A stretch of 64,000 nucleotides of DNA, from contig DAIMET010000001.1 in the NCBI GenBank assembly GCA_036725105.1, positions 37,308 through 101,307 of the forward strand, given 5' to 3'. Below the pieces are notes generated by a model. It had not been told where the DNA came from. It ran no database searches and was given only the letters and a program-made list of their open reading frames with translations. A program made the translations under genes and the position numbers. The DNA is from Calditrichota bacterium (GTDB lineage: Bacteria > Caldisericota > Caldisericia > UBA6126). Shown piece by piece: positions 1 to 9,435 of this stretch. Within the stretch, counting starts at the first letter, position 1, and every line of letters starts with the position of its first letter.

Positions 1-901
1 TCTGGATCCACTCATTTTTATGTGAAATAAACAGATATAAAAACAGAAAAAAGAATAAAATGAAAGGATATAACAAGGCATGAAGCCAAATCATCCACTG
101 CGCGTCATCACCAAAATATCCAGCTGCTTTTAAACGCTCAATGTCTTCCTGGTTGAGTACTTCTCCTTTTTCAACTAGTAGTTCGTTAATGCGTATATTC
201 TCCTGTACAGGAGATATTCGAGCTTTGGCTTTTTCTTTCTCAAGATTTGTGGCTTGTTCATCAACACTTAAATTGGGTCGTAGCTCTTTTTGAGCAATAT
301 AGGTGATCGCCTGTATGGTTTCTTCTCTGCCATCTTTATTATAGGAAAGTGCAATGAGTTCAATTGTTTCGTATTTTTTCGCAATGTTCTCTTTGCGAAC
401 CCCCGCTTCAAGAAGTTCTAGATTGATTTCAGTGGCTGCATCAAAGATATATTGAAGGGTGTCTGCTTCAGTAGTTAGTAAGTATTTTGCAATAGAGAGA
501 TCGTCCTGCGTTAAACCAAGCAAATTTCCAATCTCTTCAATTTTTTCGGAATCTTTCTTTAATCGATTGTTCCGTTCATCTAGAATTTGCCGGTATATGT
601 ACTGAATCTGATCAGTCATTTCCTCAGAAACCATATGGTTTTGAGTGAGTCGTATCTCTACATCTGCTGCAGCATCATTACGCAATTGGTCCGTTTTGAC
701 ACGGTTGTAATAAGGCATAACAGATCGTTTTGCATATAAATCTCTTGGTGCTACATCGCCAATTGAAAAAGTTGTACGATGCTGAAAATCATAGGAAAAA
801 AGTAAAGCAGAGATGCATAAAAAGGAAAGTACTATGATACTGATGCGAAACGGATCAAATAATTTTAGAAAATTGGGAAGGGCTCTGTCACCAGAGCCCA
901 T
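1..901 (-). CDS. 7TM-receptor/HD-hydrolase family membrane protein (PgpH/YqfF-like), 3' end beyond window
   Basis: Minus-strand reading frame stays open from ATG 901..899 down to position 1. N-terminal TM helix (ISIIVLSFLCISALLF), a roughly 230-aa extracellular-type domain, then onset of a TM bundle (LLYPFILFFFCFYICLF). Sits directly downstream of rpsU, as yqfF does in Bacillus. Manual translation, not in the ORF track because it is truncated. Confidence 0.5.
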   Translation of the reverse strand, partial: MGSGDRALPNFLKLFDPFRISIIVLSFLCISALLFSYDFQHRTTFSIGDVAPRDLYAKRSVMPYYNRVKTDQLRNDAAADVEIRLTQNHMVSEEMTDQIQYIYRQILDERNNRLKKDSEKIEEIGNLLGLTQDDLSIAKYLLTTEADTLQYIFDAATEINLELLEAGVRKENIAKKYETIELIALSYNKDGREETIQAITYIAQKELRPNLSVDEQATNLEKEKAKARISPVQENIRINELLVEKGEVLNQEDIERLKAAGYFGDDAQWMIWLHALLYPFILFFFLFLYLFISHKNEWIQ

Positions 902-923
902 TATACTGTTCACGGCGAAGTAA

Positions 924-1106
924 TTACTTTACCTTACGTCGACGCTTCTTGGCAGAAGCGATCTGTTTGCGACGCATGACACTGGGGGGATAAAAATACT
1001 GATGTTTTTTGATATCAGATATAATCCCCTGTCTAGCACAATCTTGCTTAAATCGGTTCAGTAAAGAATCGAAACTTTCATTGTCTCTTCTCTGTGCTTG
1101 AGCCAT
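924..1106 (-). CDS. rpsU: 30S ribosomal protein S21
   Basis: 60 aa, basic. NESFDSLLNRFKQDCARQGI...KKHQYFYPPSVMRRKQIASAKKRRRK matches the S21 pattern (ENE..D.ALRRFKR.....G...E.RRR.HYEKPS..RK). Confidence 0.9.
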   Translation of the reverse strand: MAQAQRRDNESFDSLLNRFKQDCARQGIISDIKKHQYFYPPSVMRRKQIASAKKRRRKVK

Positions 1107-1117
1107 CTAAAAAATCA

Positions 1118-2368
1118 TCACCCTTTCAACTTTGCATATAAACAGTTTACATCGGCATGTGTCACTTGTACTTGATACAATTGACCTACATGAAAAACAC
1201 ACTCAAGGTCCTGCAATCGAACTCGAATGTAATTGCGTGTGAGACCTGTCGTATTACTCTCTAAAAGGATTTCAACAGAAACTCCGATACAATTTTCGTG
1301 AATATTATACCGGATCGTATTTTCGATTGCAAGTAAACGGTTTCTTCTCTCTCTTTTTAATGCATCGGAAATATGATTTTTTAAATTCACAGCTGCTGTC
1401 CCCTTCCGGATTGAGTAAGGAAAAACATGAATTTTTGAAAACTGAATTTTCCTAACCCACTTCAATGAATTTTCAAAATCGAGATCTGTTTCTCCAGGAA
1501 ATCCAACAATCATATCGGTAGATACAAGAAACCCTGTGATATTTTTCCTCAGCATATCAATCACAGCAGAATATTCTTCAATGGTATAAGGGCGGTTCAT
1601 GGATTTCAAAACTGCATTTGAGGCAGATTGCAAAGATATATGAAGATGATTACAAAAGATGGGGTATTTTGCTACAACTTCACAAAATCGACTTGTAACA
1701 AATCGCACTCCTATTGAAGAAATACGAACCCGGTACAAGTCTTTTGAGAATTGTTTACCAATTTCTTCCAGCAACTCATAAAACCCAGTTTCAGGTTCAG
1801 TAGGATCCTGATACAAACCTACCTGGGTGCCCGTGATCACAATTTCTTTGTATCCAGATTGAACGAGAGAGCGTATTTCAGCCATGATTTCTTTTTTGGT
1901 TCTTGATACCACAGGTCCCCTTACATAGGGCACAATGCAATATGAACAGTATTGGTTGCAACCAGATTGGATTTTGACAAAAGCTCGAGTTCTATCACCA
2001 AAATGTTGTAAAACCTGAACAGTTCCTTGCTCTGGAAGGTTAAGGTTAGTTGGATCATTTTGTAGAAGACGCACAATCTCGTCAAACTGACCAGTAGGAA
2101 TGTGATAATGAATCGCTATTTCTTGGAGGATGGGTCCGATACAACCCGTAATATAGATCTTTTGATGTGGTTTTTTTTGTGCCTTCTTTACAAGTGAAAC
2201 ACACTCTCTCTCAGCTTTTTCTGTAACAACACAAGCGTTGATAATGACAATGTGTGCATCATCAATTCGATCGACAATTTTGTAGTATGGATACAAGGAT
2301 TGCAGGATAGTTTCAGCATTGTATTGATTTACTTTACATCCAAATGTTTTCACATACAGAATCTTCAC
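1118..2368 (-). CDS. mtaB: MiaB-family radical-SAM tRNA methylthiotransferase (MtaB-like)
   Basis: N-terminal MTTase domain (KTFGCKVNQYNAE), radical SAM CxxxCxxC (CNQYCSYCIVP), C-terminal TRAM-like region. Lies between rsmE and rpsU, as yqeV/mtaB does in Bacillus. Confidence 0.75.
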   Translation of the reverse strand: MKILYVKTFGCKVNQYNAETILQSLYPYYKIVDRIDDAHIVIINACVVTEKAERECVSLVKKAQKKPHQKIYITGCIGPILQEIAIHYHIPTGQFDEIVRLLQNDPTNLNLPEQGTVQVLQHFGDRTRAFVKIQSGCNQYCSYCIVPYVRGPVVSRTKKEIMAEIRSLVQSGYKEIVITGTQVGLYQDPTEPETGFYELLEEIGKQFSKDLYRVRISSIGVRFVTSRFCEVVAKYPIFCNHLHISLQSASNAVLKSMNRPYTIEEYSAVIDMLRKNITGFLVSTDMIVGFPGETDLDFENSLKWVRKIQFSKIHVFPYSIRKGTAAVNLKNHISDALKRERRNRLLAIENTIRYNIHENCIGVSVEILLESNTTGLTRNYIRVRLQDLECVFHVGQLYQVQVTHADVNCLYAKLKG

Positions 2369-3117
2369 GAAGAAAACTCCAAAACATACTGCACAAGACC
2401 CGCTAAAAAATATCCTGCTGTTTCGGTTCGAAGAATTGTATTGCCCAGAGTTATTTCGTAAAATCCATGCTCTTTAAGAATACTGATTTCTTGATCAGTA
2501 ATACCCCCTTCGGGTCCGACACATAACCAGATGTGTTTCTCCTTGGAATCTTCATGAAATCCTTTTGACAAAATAGAAAATAGGTTTTGTGTTCGCTCTG
2601 CTTCGTAGGCGACAATTTTCATATCCCTTGAAGAGACAGAAAAGTGATCAAAGAAAGAAGCAAATGTAGTTACTTCCGAAATGATAGGAATATGAGGTGT
2701 TTTAGACTGTTTAACTGCAGAAGTTGCAATTCGTTGCCAACGCTTTTGTTTTTCTTGCAACTGAGAAGCAGATAAAGAAGAGAAAGAGCGTGTCATAAAA
2801 ACGGGGTGAAAGAAATGGATTCCGATTTCAGTCCCCTTTTCTACAATTTCATCCATTTTTTTTATCTTTGGCATTCCTTGTATAAGGTGGATGGAGTACT
2901 CCATACCATCACGAGAAGATACCTTCTGAAGAATCACAACAGCTTCTTCACGGTGAATCTCTTGAATAAACCCTTTCGCAAATCCATTGGAAGCAATGAG
3001 TTCAATTTCTTCTCCTTTGGAAAAACGCACAACATGAACAAGATGATGGAACTCCTCTCCGGTGATTTTCATAGAGGAACCATCCAAAGGAAGAGTTTGT
3101 ACGAAAAAACGCCTCAT
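2365..3117 (-). CDS. rsmE: 16S rRNA (uracil1498-N3)-methyltransferase RsmE
   Basis: 250 aa. PUA-like N-terminus. C-terminal SPOUT knot motif GNTILRTETAGYFLAG is typical of the RsmE family. Confidence 0.85.
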   Translation of the reverse strand: MRRFFVQTLPLDGSSMKITGEEFHHLVHVVRFSKGEEIELIASNGFAKGFIQEIHREEAVVILQKVSSRDGMEYSIHLIQGMPKIKKMDEIVEKGTEIGIHFFHPVFMTRSFSSLSASQLQEKQKRWQRIATSAVKQSKTPHIPIISEVTTFASFFDHFSVSSRDMKIVAYEAERTQNLFSILSKGFHEDSKEKHIWLCVGPEGGITDQEISILKEHGFYEITLGNTILRTETAGYFLAGLVQYVLEFSS

Positions 3118-3120
3118 AAA

Positions 3121-3921
3121 TTACATGAAACCTGGTAGGTTTGAATTGTCACTATCAGGTCCCCAGCTAGACAAGGAACCAAAGATAAGACATTCATCTG
3201 GATCCATCAAAAGTTTTCTAGTTAACTCAGTGGCATGTGCCTCTGAAATCTGTAAAGACAACCCCTTGATTAATGCAACAGGAGTTTTTTCAGTTGTTTC
3301 ACCCATTACTAAGTTTGCCGCAGAAGCTAGATTATCTGCAATATTTAAACGAGTTACATGCATTGTTTTCCCAAACAAGTCTTTTTCTCCTCGTCGATCA
3401 ATAATTCCTTCAAATCCAGCTACAGCTATAGCAACTCCATAAGTTCCTACTCGCAAAGGAGCTATTTGTGAATCGGAGATAATAACACCAACAGAAATGT
3501 TGTGAGTGTTCTTTATAAAATCATGGATTTTTTGGGCGGTGAGTGCTGGGTTTTTTGGCCAGAGTACAGCATGATTTTTTGGAACATTCGATTGATCTAC
3601 CCCGGAAAATGGTGTGACGATACCATTTTTCATAGCAGTGATAACGCCTGGAACTCCCCCCAGAATAATATCTGCTTCTTGTAGTATCGCCTGACAAAAA
3701 TGAGGATTCATGTGGTATTCAGAAGAAAGAGCCCATGCTTCCTCTGTAACGGTAAGGTCAAAAAGTGAGATTACTCGACCCTCAGAAATTGATACTACCT
3801 TTGACGCAACAATAATAACATCTCCCTGTTCAATATCATTGCCTAACATATCTTGCAAAAGCAGCTCCAGTGGGAAAGGTTCAGTAAAAATCTTCGTTTG
3901 GTATGGAATGACTATCAACAT
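3121..3921 (-). CDS. CofE-like protein (coenzyme F420-0:L-glutamate ligase family fold)
   Basis: 266 aa. VIIVASKVVSISEGRV and GGVPGVITAMKNG resemble the CofE/F420 ligase-like domain. No other F420 genes are visible. Confidence 0.55.
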   Translation of the reverse strand: MLIVIPYQTKIFTEPFPLELLLQDMLGNDIEQGDVIIVASKVVSISEGRVISLFDLTVTEEAWALSSEYHMNPHFCQAILQEADIILGGVPGVITAMKNGIVTPFSGVDQSNVPKNHAVLWPKNPALTAQKIHDFIKNTHNISVGVIISDSQIAPLRVGTYGVAIAVAGFEGIIDRRGEKDLFGKTMHVTRLNIADNLASAANLVMGETTEKTPVALIKGLSLQISEAHATELTRKLLMDPDECLIFGSLSSWGPDSDNSNLPGFM

Positions 3922-3960
3922 TTACTCCTTTAGACAAATTCTTCTTTCATTATAATAGAT

Positions 3961-4785
3961 TTGAAACATTGTAAGGAGTATCAAAACATGAAAATACTTG
4001 TTTTAGTGAAACAGATTCCTGATCTAGAGAACAAGGTAAAGGTTTCCATTGATCAAAAAACATTTAGTATGAAACGCGGAGGAATTCCCTCAATAATGAA
4101 TCCAGCGGATAAAAATGCTGTAGAAGCAGCGTTGCAGATTAAAGATAAGTATCCTTCAACGATTGTACATGCCATTAGTATGGGTCCAAAACAGGCAACA
4201 GAAGTACTGAAAGAAGCTTTTTCCATGGGAGTTGATGAAGGGACCTTATTGTCCGATTTTCTTTATGCAGGTTCAGATACTTTAGCAACTTCTTTGATAC
4301 TAACAGAAACAATACAGAAAATTGGTGATTTTACTCTCATTTTATGCGGTAAACAAGCTCTTGACGGAGACACAGGACAGGTTGGTCCTGGCATTGCTTC
4401 CAGATTAAACATTCCACAAGTATTAGGAGCAACAAGCGTTTCAATTGAAAACCAAACTACCTGTCTCATTCATCGAGAATTTCGAAATTATATCGAGAAG
4501 ATTGAATACCCTACTCCTGCATTAATCGCATTTAAAGCTCACTGTAATATACCTCGTTTACCCTCTTTAAGAGGTTTATATGCAAAGGAAAAATGGGAAC
4601 CATCCATCCTTCAAAACACAGATCTTCAAATATCGATTCAAAACCTTGGCATTGAAGGATCTCCAACGCGAGTTGTTAAAACTTTTCAACCCATTCTTAC
4701 CAAAACAACCGAAACCATTCATTTTGACGAAGGGGATGTTCCAATGAATCATATCATGAAAACAATCCACGAGGTACAACAATAA
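3961..4785 (+). CDS. etfB: electron transfer flavoprotein beta subunit
   Basis: MKILVLVKQIPDLE...IMNPADKNAVEAALQIK is a typical EtfB/FixA N-terminus. GGAAAGG-type RBS (aaggag) upstream. Confidence 0.85.
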   Translation: MKHCKEYQNMKILVLVKQIPDLENKVKVSIDQKTFSMKRGGIPSIMNPADKNAVEAALQIKDKYPSTIVHAISMGPKQATEVLKEAFSMGVDEGTLLSDFLYAGSDTLATSLILTETIQKIGDFTLILCGKQALDGDTGQVGPGIASRLNIPQVLGATSVSIENQTTCLIHREFRNYIEKIEYPTPALIAFKAHCNIPRLPSLRGLYAKEKWEPSILQNTDLQISIQNLGIEGSPTRVVKTFQPILTKTTETIHFDEGDVPMNHIMKTIHEVQQ

Positions 4786-5963
4786 TGAAAATTAAAGTCA
4801 TTTCCTCGCAGTGTAACGGCTGCACTTTATGTATTAAAAAATGTCCTATTCAGGCTATCGAACTCCAAGATAAAAAAGCAGTCATTCAGGATGCCTGTAA
4901 TTTTTGTGGGATCTGTATATCCATTTGCCCTCAAAAAGCAATTGTCAAATCTCTTGACGATGAAGTTATTGCTCCGGTAACCAACCAATACTGGGTCATG
5001 ATTGAACAAAAACCAACGGGAGAAATTGACTCCACAAGCTATGAAATGATTGCGAAGCTCCGAGAGTTGAATTCTTCTGCTCATATTACGGGAGTTTTCT
5101 TGTGCTCAGATTCATCAAATCAGGATAATTCTGAACTTTTATCTTCTGGTGCAGATGAAATTTTAGTACTTCATCATCCAGCTTTTCAAAACTATAATCC
5201 TCTTCTTTATACAAATGCAATTGTACCCATTTGTAAAAAAGAAATGCCATCCATTTTTCTTTTTCCAGCAACAGAGATGGGTAGAGATTTGGCCCCACGC
5301 ATTGCTACCGAATTACAAACAGGCCTAACTGCAGATTGCACCGAATTGTCAATGGATCCCGAAAATGGTCTTTTAATCCAAACCAGACCCGCATGGGATG
5401 GTAATTTAATGGCAAGCATTATTTGTCCCATCCGCAGACCACAAATGGCAACAATCAGGCCCCATGTTTTCCCCTTACCAGAAAATGCTGCTAGAGAGTG
5501 CACAATTCGAGTTGAGAAGATCGACCACATTTCGAATCCCACAGAAAAAATCGTAGAAAGATCCTCTATACAAAGTTCTTTTCCTGATTTAGAAAAACAA
5601 AATATTGTTATTGGCATTGGTAGAGGCATTGGCACAAAAGAAAATCTCGCTCTTGTTTGTGATTTTGCAAGAAGTATTCACGCTGGCATCGGATGCTCCA
5701 GACCTTTGGTTGATAATGGTTGGCTACCACATGAAGTACAGGTAGGAATGTCTGGTAAAGCAATCGCTCCTAAAGTATACATTGCACTAGGAATCTCCGG
5801 TTCTGTACAACATTTAGTGGGCATGCAATCCAGCGAATATATTATTGCCGTTAACAAAGATGAGAATGCTCCAATATTCCAACATTCCCATCTTTCCTTA
5901 GTAGGTGACATTAAGAAAATGTTACCATATGTGAAAGATCTCATAGAGAAAAAGACAGGTTAA
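4785..5963 (+). CDS. etfA: electron transfer flavoprotein alpha subunit with N-terminal 2x[4Fe-4S] ferredoxin domain
   Basis: N-terminus CNGCTLCIKKCP...CNFCGICISICP (two CxxCxxCxxxCP motifs), followed by an EtfA/FixB FAD-binding domain (GISGSVQHLVGM). Stop of etfB overlaps the start. Confidence 0.85.
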   Translation: MKIKVISSQCNGCTLCIKKCPIQAIELQDKKAVIQDACNFCGICISICPQKAIVKSLDDEVIAPVTNQYWVMIEQKPTGEIDSTSYEMIAKLRELNSSAHITGVFLCSDSSNQDNSELLSSGADEILVLHHPAFQNYNPLLYTNAIVPICKKEMPSIFLFPATEMGRDLAPRIATELQTGLTADCTELSMDPENGLLIQTRPAWDGNLMASIICPIRRPQMATIRPHVFPLPENAARECTIRVEKIDHISNPTEKIVERSSIQSSFPDLEKQNIVIGIGRGIGTKENLALVCDFARSIHAGIGCSRPLVDNGWLPHEVQVGMSGKAIAPKVYIALGISGSVQHLVGMQSSEYIIAVNKDENAPIFQHSHLSLVGDIKKMLPYVKDLIEKKTG

Positions 5964-5965
5964 TA

Positions 5966-7249
5966 ATGAAAAAAGTACAAAAAATTTTCCTTTCCCTCCT
6001 TTGTGCGTCTTTATTCCTCACCCCTATTGCTGCAATGGCGGATACAGCGATTCATGTTCACAATGCTACCGATCAGGTAACAGGTTTCACATTTGATTCT
6101 ACGATAGATAATGGTCTGATCTATATCAATCCGAAAGGCTTACAAAAGAAAGCAATATGGTTTCAGGACGATCCGTCAATTGAGTGGACTGTACGCTATG
6201 GTAGTGTTACATTTAATCAATGGGGACAAGATTTTCCATATGCAGGGATGAACGAAAAAGGGCTTTGTATCGTTCGGGTATCAGAAGACTCTTCAGAGAC
6301 TTCCTCACTTCAAAACTCTATCCTTGGTTTGCAATGGATTCAATATCACCTTGATCAATATGGATCCGTACAAGAACTGCTTGATCAACCTTTGATTATT
6401 CCCTCCTTTGCATACTTTGGACCCATGCATTATCTCATATCTGACCCCTCTAACCAAACAATCGTTATTGAATTTCAAAAAGGGAAACCGACTATTTACA
6501 ACTCTGTGAATACCAAAGCTTTTTGGCCAGTTTTAACTGAAATACCGTATCAAAAAGGCATTGATACACTTTCATCTCCACCGGAAATTGCAAAAGAAGC
6601 TACAACCCCACTTGATCGTTTTGTTAAAATGGCTGCGTTAATTGCAAATTGGAATCAAAATGAAGAAGGATCTTTGTATCTCCGTGCTTTTGATATGCTT
6701 CTAAATGCTGCAACTGGCGAAACAAAATGGAATGTTTTATTCCATTTAAACGAAAGAAGCATCTATTTTCGTACGTTTTCTCATGATCGTATAAAAGTTA
6801 TTTCATTTTCAAATTTAGACTTTTCATGTGAAAAACCAATTCGATATTGGTCTATCCATATACAAGAACCTGGTGATATCAGTAATCTTTTTCGAAATAA
6901 AGCTGTCAAACCCGATGCATCCTGGGAATCCATTCATCTCCTATCCATCAATACCCAACTTGGTAATCCGTTTTCTTTAACGGAGATGCAGACCATTACA
7001 CAGTTTCCATATAGTTTTACATGCAATATGAAGGATATTCCCACAACAGATGCAGATCGCCTGCAGAAATATGCCCTTTGGTGGATTGCTATTACAGCCA
7101 TCTTAGCAGCAATTTTATTCATTGTAAAAGGAATAAAAAACCGTAAAAAATCTCTTGAAAACCAATCCAAAATGGGCGATCAAAAACCCAAAGAAATGTA
7201 CAAGAAATACAAGAACACAAACAAGAAGAAGTCAAAAAGGAAAAAATAA
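5966..7249 (+). CDS. secreted/membrane-anchored linear amide C-N hydrolase (choloylglycine hydrolase / Ntn-hydrolase family)
   Basis: Signal peptide. PYAGMNEKGLCIV closely matches the bile-salt-hydrolase/penicillin V acylase motif YYDAMNEKGLCIAG. C-terminal TM helix (LWWIAITAILAAILFIV) and lysine-rich tail. Confidence 0.6.
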   Translation: MKKVQKIFLSLLCASLFLTPIAAMADTAIHVHNATDQVTGFTFDSTIDNGLIYINPKGLQKKAIWFQDDPSIEWTVRYGSVTFNQWGQDFPYAGMNEKGLCIVRVSEDSSETSSLQNSILGLQWIQYHLDQYGSVQELLDQPLIIPSFAYFGPMHYLISDPSNQTIVIEFQKGKPTIYNSVNTKAFWPVLTEIPYQKGIDTLSSPPEIAKEATTPLDRFVKMAALIANWNQNEEGSLYLRAFDMLLNAATGETKWNVLFHLNERSIYFRTFSHDRIKVISFSNLDFSCEKPIRYWSIHIQEPGDISNLFRNKAVKPDASWESIHLLSINTQLGNPFSLTEMQTITQFPYSFTCNMKDIPTTDADRLQKYALWWIAITAILAAILFIVKGIKNRKKSLENQSKMGDQKPKEMYKKYKNTNKKKSKRKK

Positions 7250-8463
7250 TGATCGGACTTGTTTTGGAAGGTGGCGGAGCAAAAGGTTCTTATCATGCAG
7301 GAGCATATAGGGCTCTGGTAGAGAATGATTTAATTCCTGATGCTGTCGTTGGCACTTCCATCGGAGCTCTTAATGGTGCATTAATTGCACAGGGAGACTG
7401 GAAGATCATGATTGACCTATGGTCGGATATGTCCTTGTCAAAAATCCTAGACATTGACCAAAGACAAATTGATCGACTCAAAAAAAATGAGTTCAGCATA
7501 GATAGTTTTCGATACTTTGGAAAGATTTTACACCGTTCTCTTGAAGAAGATGGCTTAGACACCTCTCGTATCCGATCTCTTCTTAATTCCATCATCGACG
7601 AAGAAAAACTTCGCAACAGTCCAATTGATTTTGGTTTGGTTACCGTTTCTATTTCCGAATTTAAACCGTATGAAGTCTTTAAAAAAGACATTCCCTCCGG
7701 ACAGCTCATTGATTATCTTATGGCAAGTTCAAATTTCCCTATTTTTCAAAGGCAAGTCATTGATGGTAAAAAGTTTATCGACGGTGGGGTATATGACAAT
7801 ACTCCTGTTGATTTACTCCAAGACAAAAGCTTTGATCATATTATTGTCGTCAGAACTCATGGTCTGGGATTGAACAAAACCACTACAGTAAAAAACGCTA
7901 AATTAACCATTGTTGATTCCGATTCTGATCTGGGAGGAACTCTAGATTTCTCAAAAGAAAACTGTAAAAAAAACATTACGCTTGGTTATTACGATGCCCT
8001 AAAAGCTATTCGTCCACTATATGGTAGATGCTACTATTTTGAACCTTATCGAAACGAACCTTATATCATTGAGCAACTGCTGCAAATGTCTGAAACCGTT
8101 GTCAATGATCTGGCAATGAAAATTGGAGTCCACAAAGAGTATTCGCATGCGAGAAAAATACTAGAAGGGATTATTCCTGTTTTGGCTGATCTTATTGATG
8201 CTCCCAGGAGTGCAACCTACGAAGAAATCCTGGAATTTATCTGCGAAGAAGCTGCCAAGAAGATAAAACTCAATCGTTTTCAGATTTACACATTGCCAGA
8301 GATGATTGAAAAAATCCAATCCAAATATCAAACAACTCCTCAAAAAATTCTCCAAAAATGGTATACAATGCCCTTAAAGAATGATTTATTTCGAAAAGCA
8401 TTCAAAGATCAAATTTTGGAAGAAGTGATTACTAAAATGTTTCAAGTGAAAAGTTCTTCCTAG
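7249..8463 (+). CDS. patatin-like phospholipase
   Basis: GLVLEGGGAKGSYHAG (oxyanion GGGxxG), GTSIGALNG (GxSxG nucleophile), DGG near the catalytic Asp. Start overlaps the upstream stop (TAATG). Confidence 0.85.
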   Translation: MIGLVLEGGGAKGSYHAGAYRALVENDLIPDAVVGTSIGALNGALIAQGDWKIMIDLWSDMSLSKILDIDQRQIDRLKKNEFSIDSFRYFGKILHRSLEEDGLDTSRIRSLLNSIIDEEKLRNSPIDFGLVTVSISEFKPYEVFKKDIPSGQLIDYLMASSNFPIFQRQVIDGKKFIDGGVYDNTPVDLLQDKSFDHIIVVRTHGLGLNKTTTVKNAKLTIVDSDSDLGGTLDFSKENCKKNITLGYYDALKAIRPLYGRCYYFEPYRNEPYIIEQLLQMSETVVNDLAMKIGVHKEYSHARKILEGIIPVLADLIDAPRSATYEEILEFICEEAAKKIKLNRFQIYTLPEMIEKIQSKYQTTPQKILQKWYTMPLKNDLFRKAFKDQILEEVITKMFQVKSSS

Positions 8464-8475
8464 CTAGGATAAAAA

Positions 8476-8811
8476 ATGCCATATGTTAATTTAAGCGGAT
8501 CAAGTGGTCCATCGTACTTCGATGGCGATGTAGTTGAATGGATGGGGATTTTTGTACCTTCCCTGCTCATGTGTTTGTTAACTCTTGGATTGGCATATCC
8601 TTATGCACGTTGCTTTTTTCTAACCTGGTATATTGGTTGTTTTGTAGTAGATGGAAAAAGACTATCTTTTGTGGGTACATGGAAAGAATTTTATCCGGTA
8701 TGGTTAAAAGAAATCTTGATCACAATCCTGACGGTAGGGATATATTTCCCTTGGATGTATATTCACCTACGAAAGTGGGAAACGTCTCATATTTCTTCAT
8801 CTCAGGACTAA
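8476..8811 (+). CDS. small membrane protein, DUF898/YjgN-like fragment-sized
   Basis: 111 aa. Two hydrophobic helices separated by a W/Y-rich loop, resembling one repeat of the DUF898 family. The overlapping alternate-frame ORF 8538..8855 looks random. Confidence 0.35.
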   Translation: MPYVNLSGSSGPSYFDGDVVEWMGIFVPSLLMCLLTLGLAYPYARCFFLTWYIGCFVVDGKRLSFVGTWKEFYPVWLKEILITILTVGIYFPWMYIHLRKWETSHISSSQD

Positions 8812-8818
8812 TCGGATC

Positions 8819-9430
8819 CTACTTCTTAAACTGTCCTTCTCGTAGCACCTTATAGCTCCCATCGGATAAAAAGGAGATGACAGCAGATGCCTTATTTTGG
8901 TCTCCCTTTTTGGGACGATCTAAAATGAGAGCTTTTTCACCAAACTCTGCTTGCGCCTGATGAGCATTTTCCAGAGGAACTTGATTGCTGATATTTGCGC
9001 TAGTAGTGACAAATGGAAAAGGAAGGTACGGAAGAAAATCAAGTAGCATCTCATCATCTGGAATACGGATTCCAATAGTTTCTTGCGGCAAACTTGGAGA
9101 TAGATACACTCCTTCTCCAATAGCAGGAAAAACCCCCGTTAAAGCTCCGGGCCAATTTTTTTGAATCAGTGGATGCTGGAGGAGTTTTGGATCCGAAATA
9201 TATTGTTCTGCTTCTTCTAAAGATGAAACAAATAGTATTAGGGGCTTCATCTCCTCTCTATTTTTCATCCGAAAAAGATTGTATACAGCCTGTTGAGATT
9301 GACCATTAACCCCAATACCCATCACGGTATCTGTGGGGAAAACAATAGGTTTTTCTTGTTGAAGCCAAGATTTACAAAAATCTTTCTCCAAAGAGGAAAG
9401 ATGGGGAGGATTTTCGATTGTGAGGATCAC
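8819..9430 (-). CDS. tsaC: L-threonylcarbamoyladenylate synthase (YrdC/TsaC family)
   Basis: KPIVFPTDTVMGIGVN is the YrdC signature. The long ORF (to 9517) overlaps plsY by 82 nt. A GTG at 9430 gives an N-terminus of canonical length right after the plsY stop, so the start is uncertain. Confidence 0.7.
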   Translation of the reverse strand: MILTIENPPHLSSLEKDFCKSWLQQEKPIVFPTDTVMGIGVNGQSQQAVYNLFRMKNREEMKPLILFVSSLEEAEQYISDPKLLQHPLIQKNWPGALTGVFPAIGEGVYLSPSLPQETIGIRIPDDEMLLDFLPYLPFPFVTTSANISNQVPLENAHQAQAEFGEKALILDRPKKGDQNKASAVISFLSDGSYKVLREGQFKK

Positions 9431-9435
9431 TGAGT

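Noticed and set aside
880-901. Hairpin after rpsU as a rho-independent terminator
   Set aside because: No downstream U-run. The downstream ORF starts inside it and continues open to the window edge.
8538-8855. Alternate-frame 105-aa ORF overlapping the DUF898-like gene
   Set aside because: Translation is compositionally random and overlaps the tsaC 3' end. The 8476 frame gives coherent TM helices.
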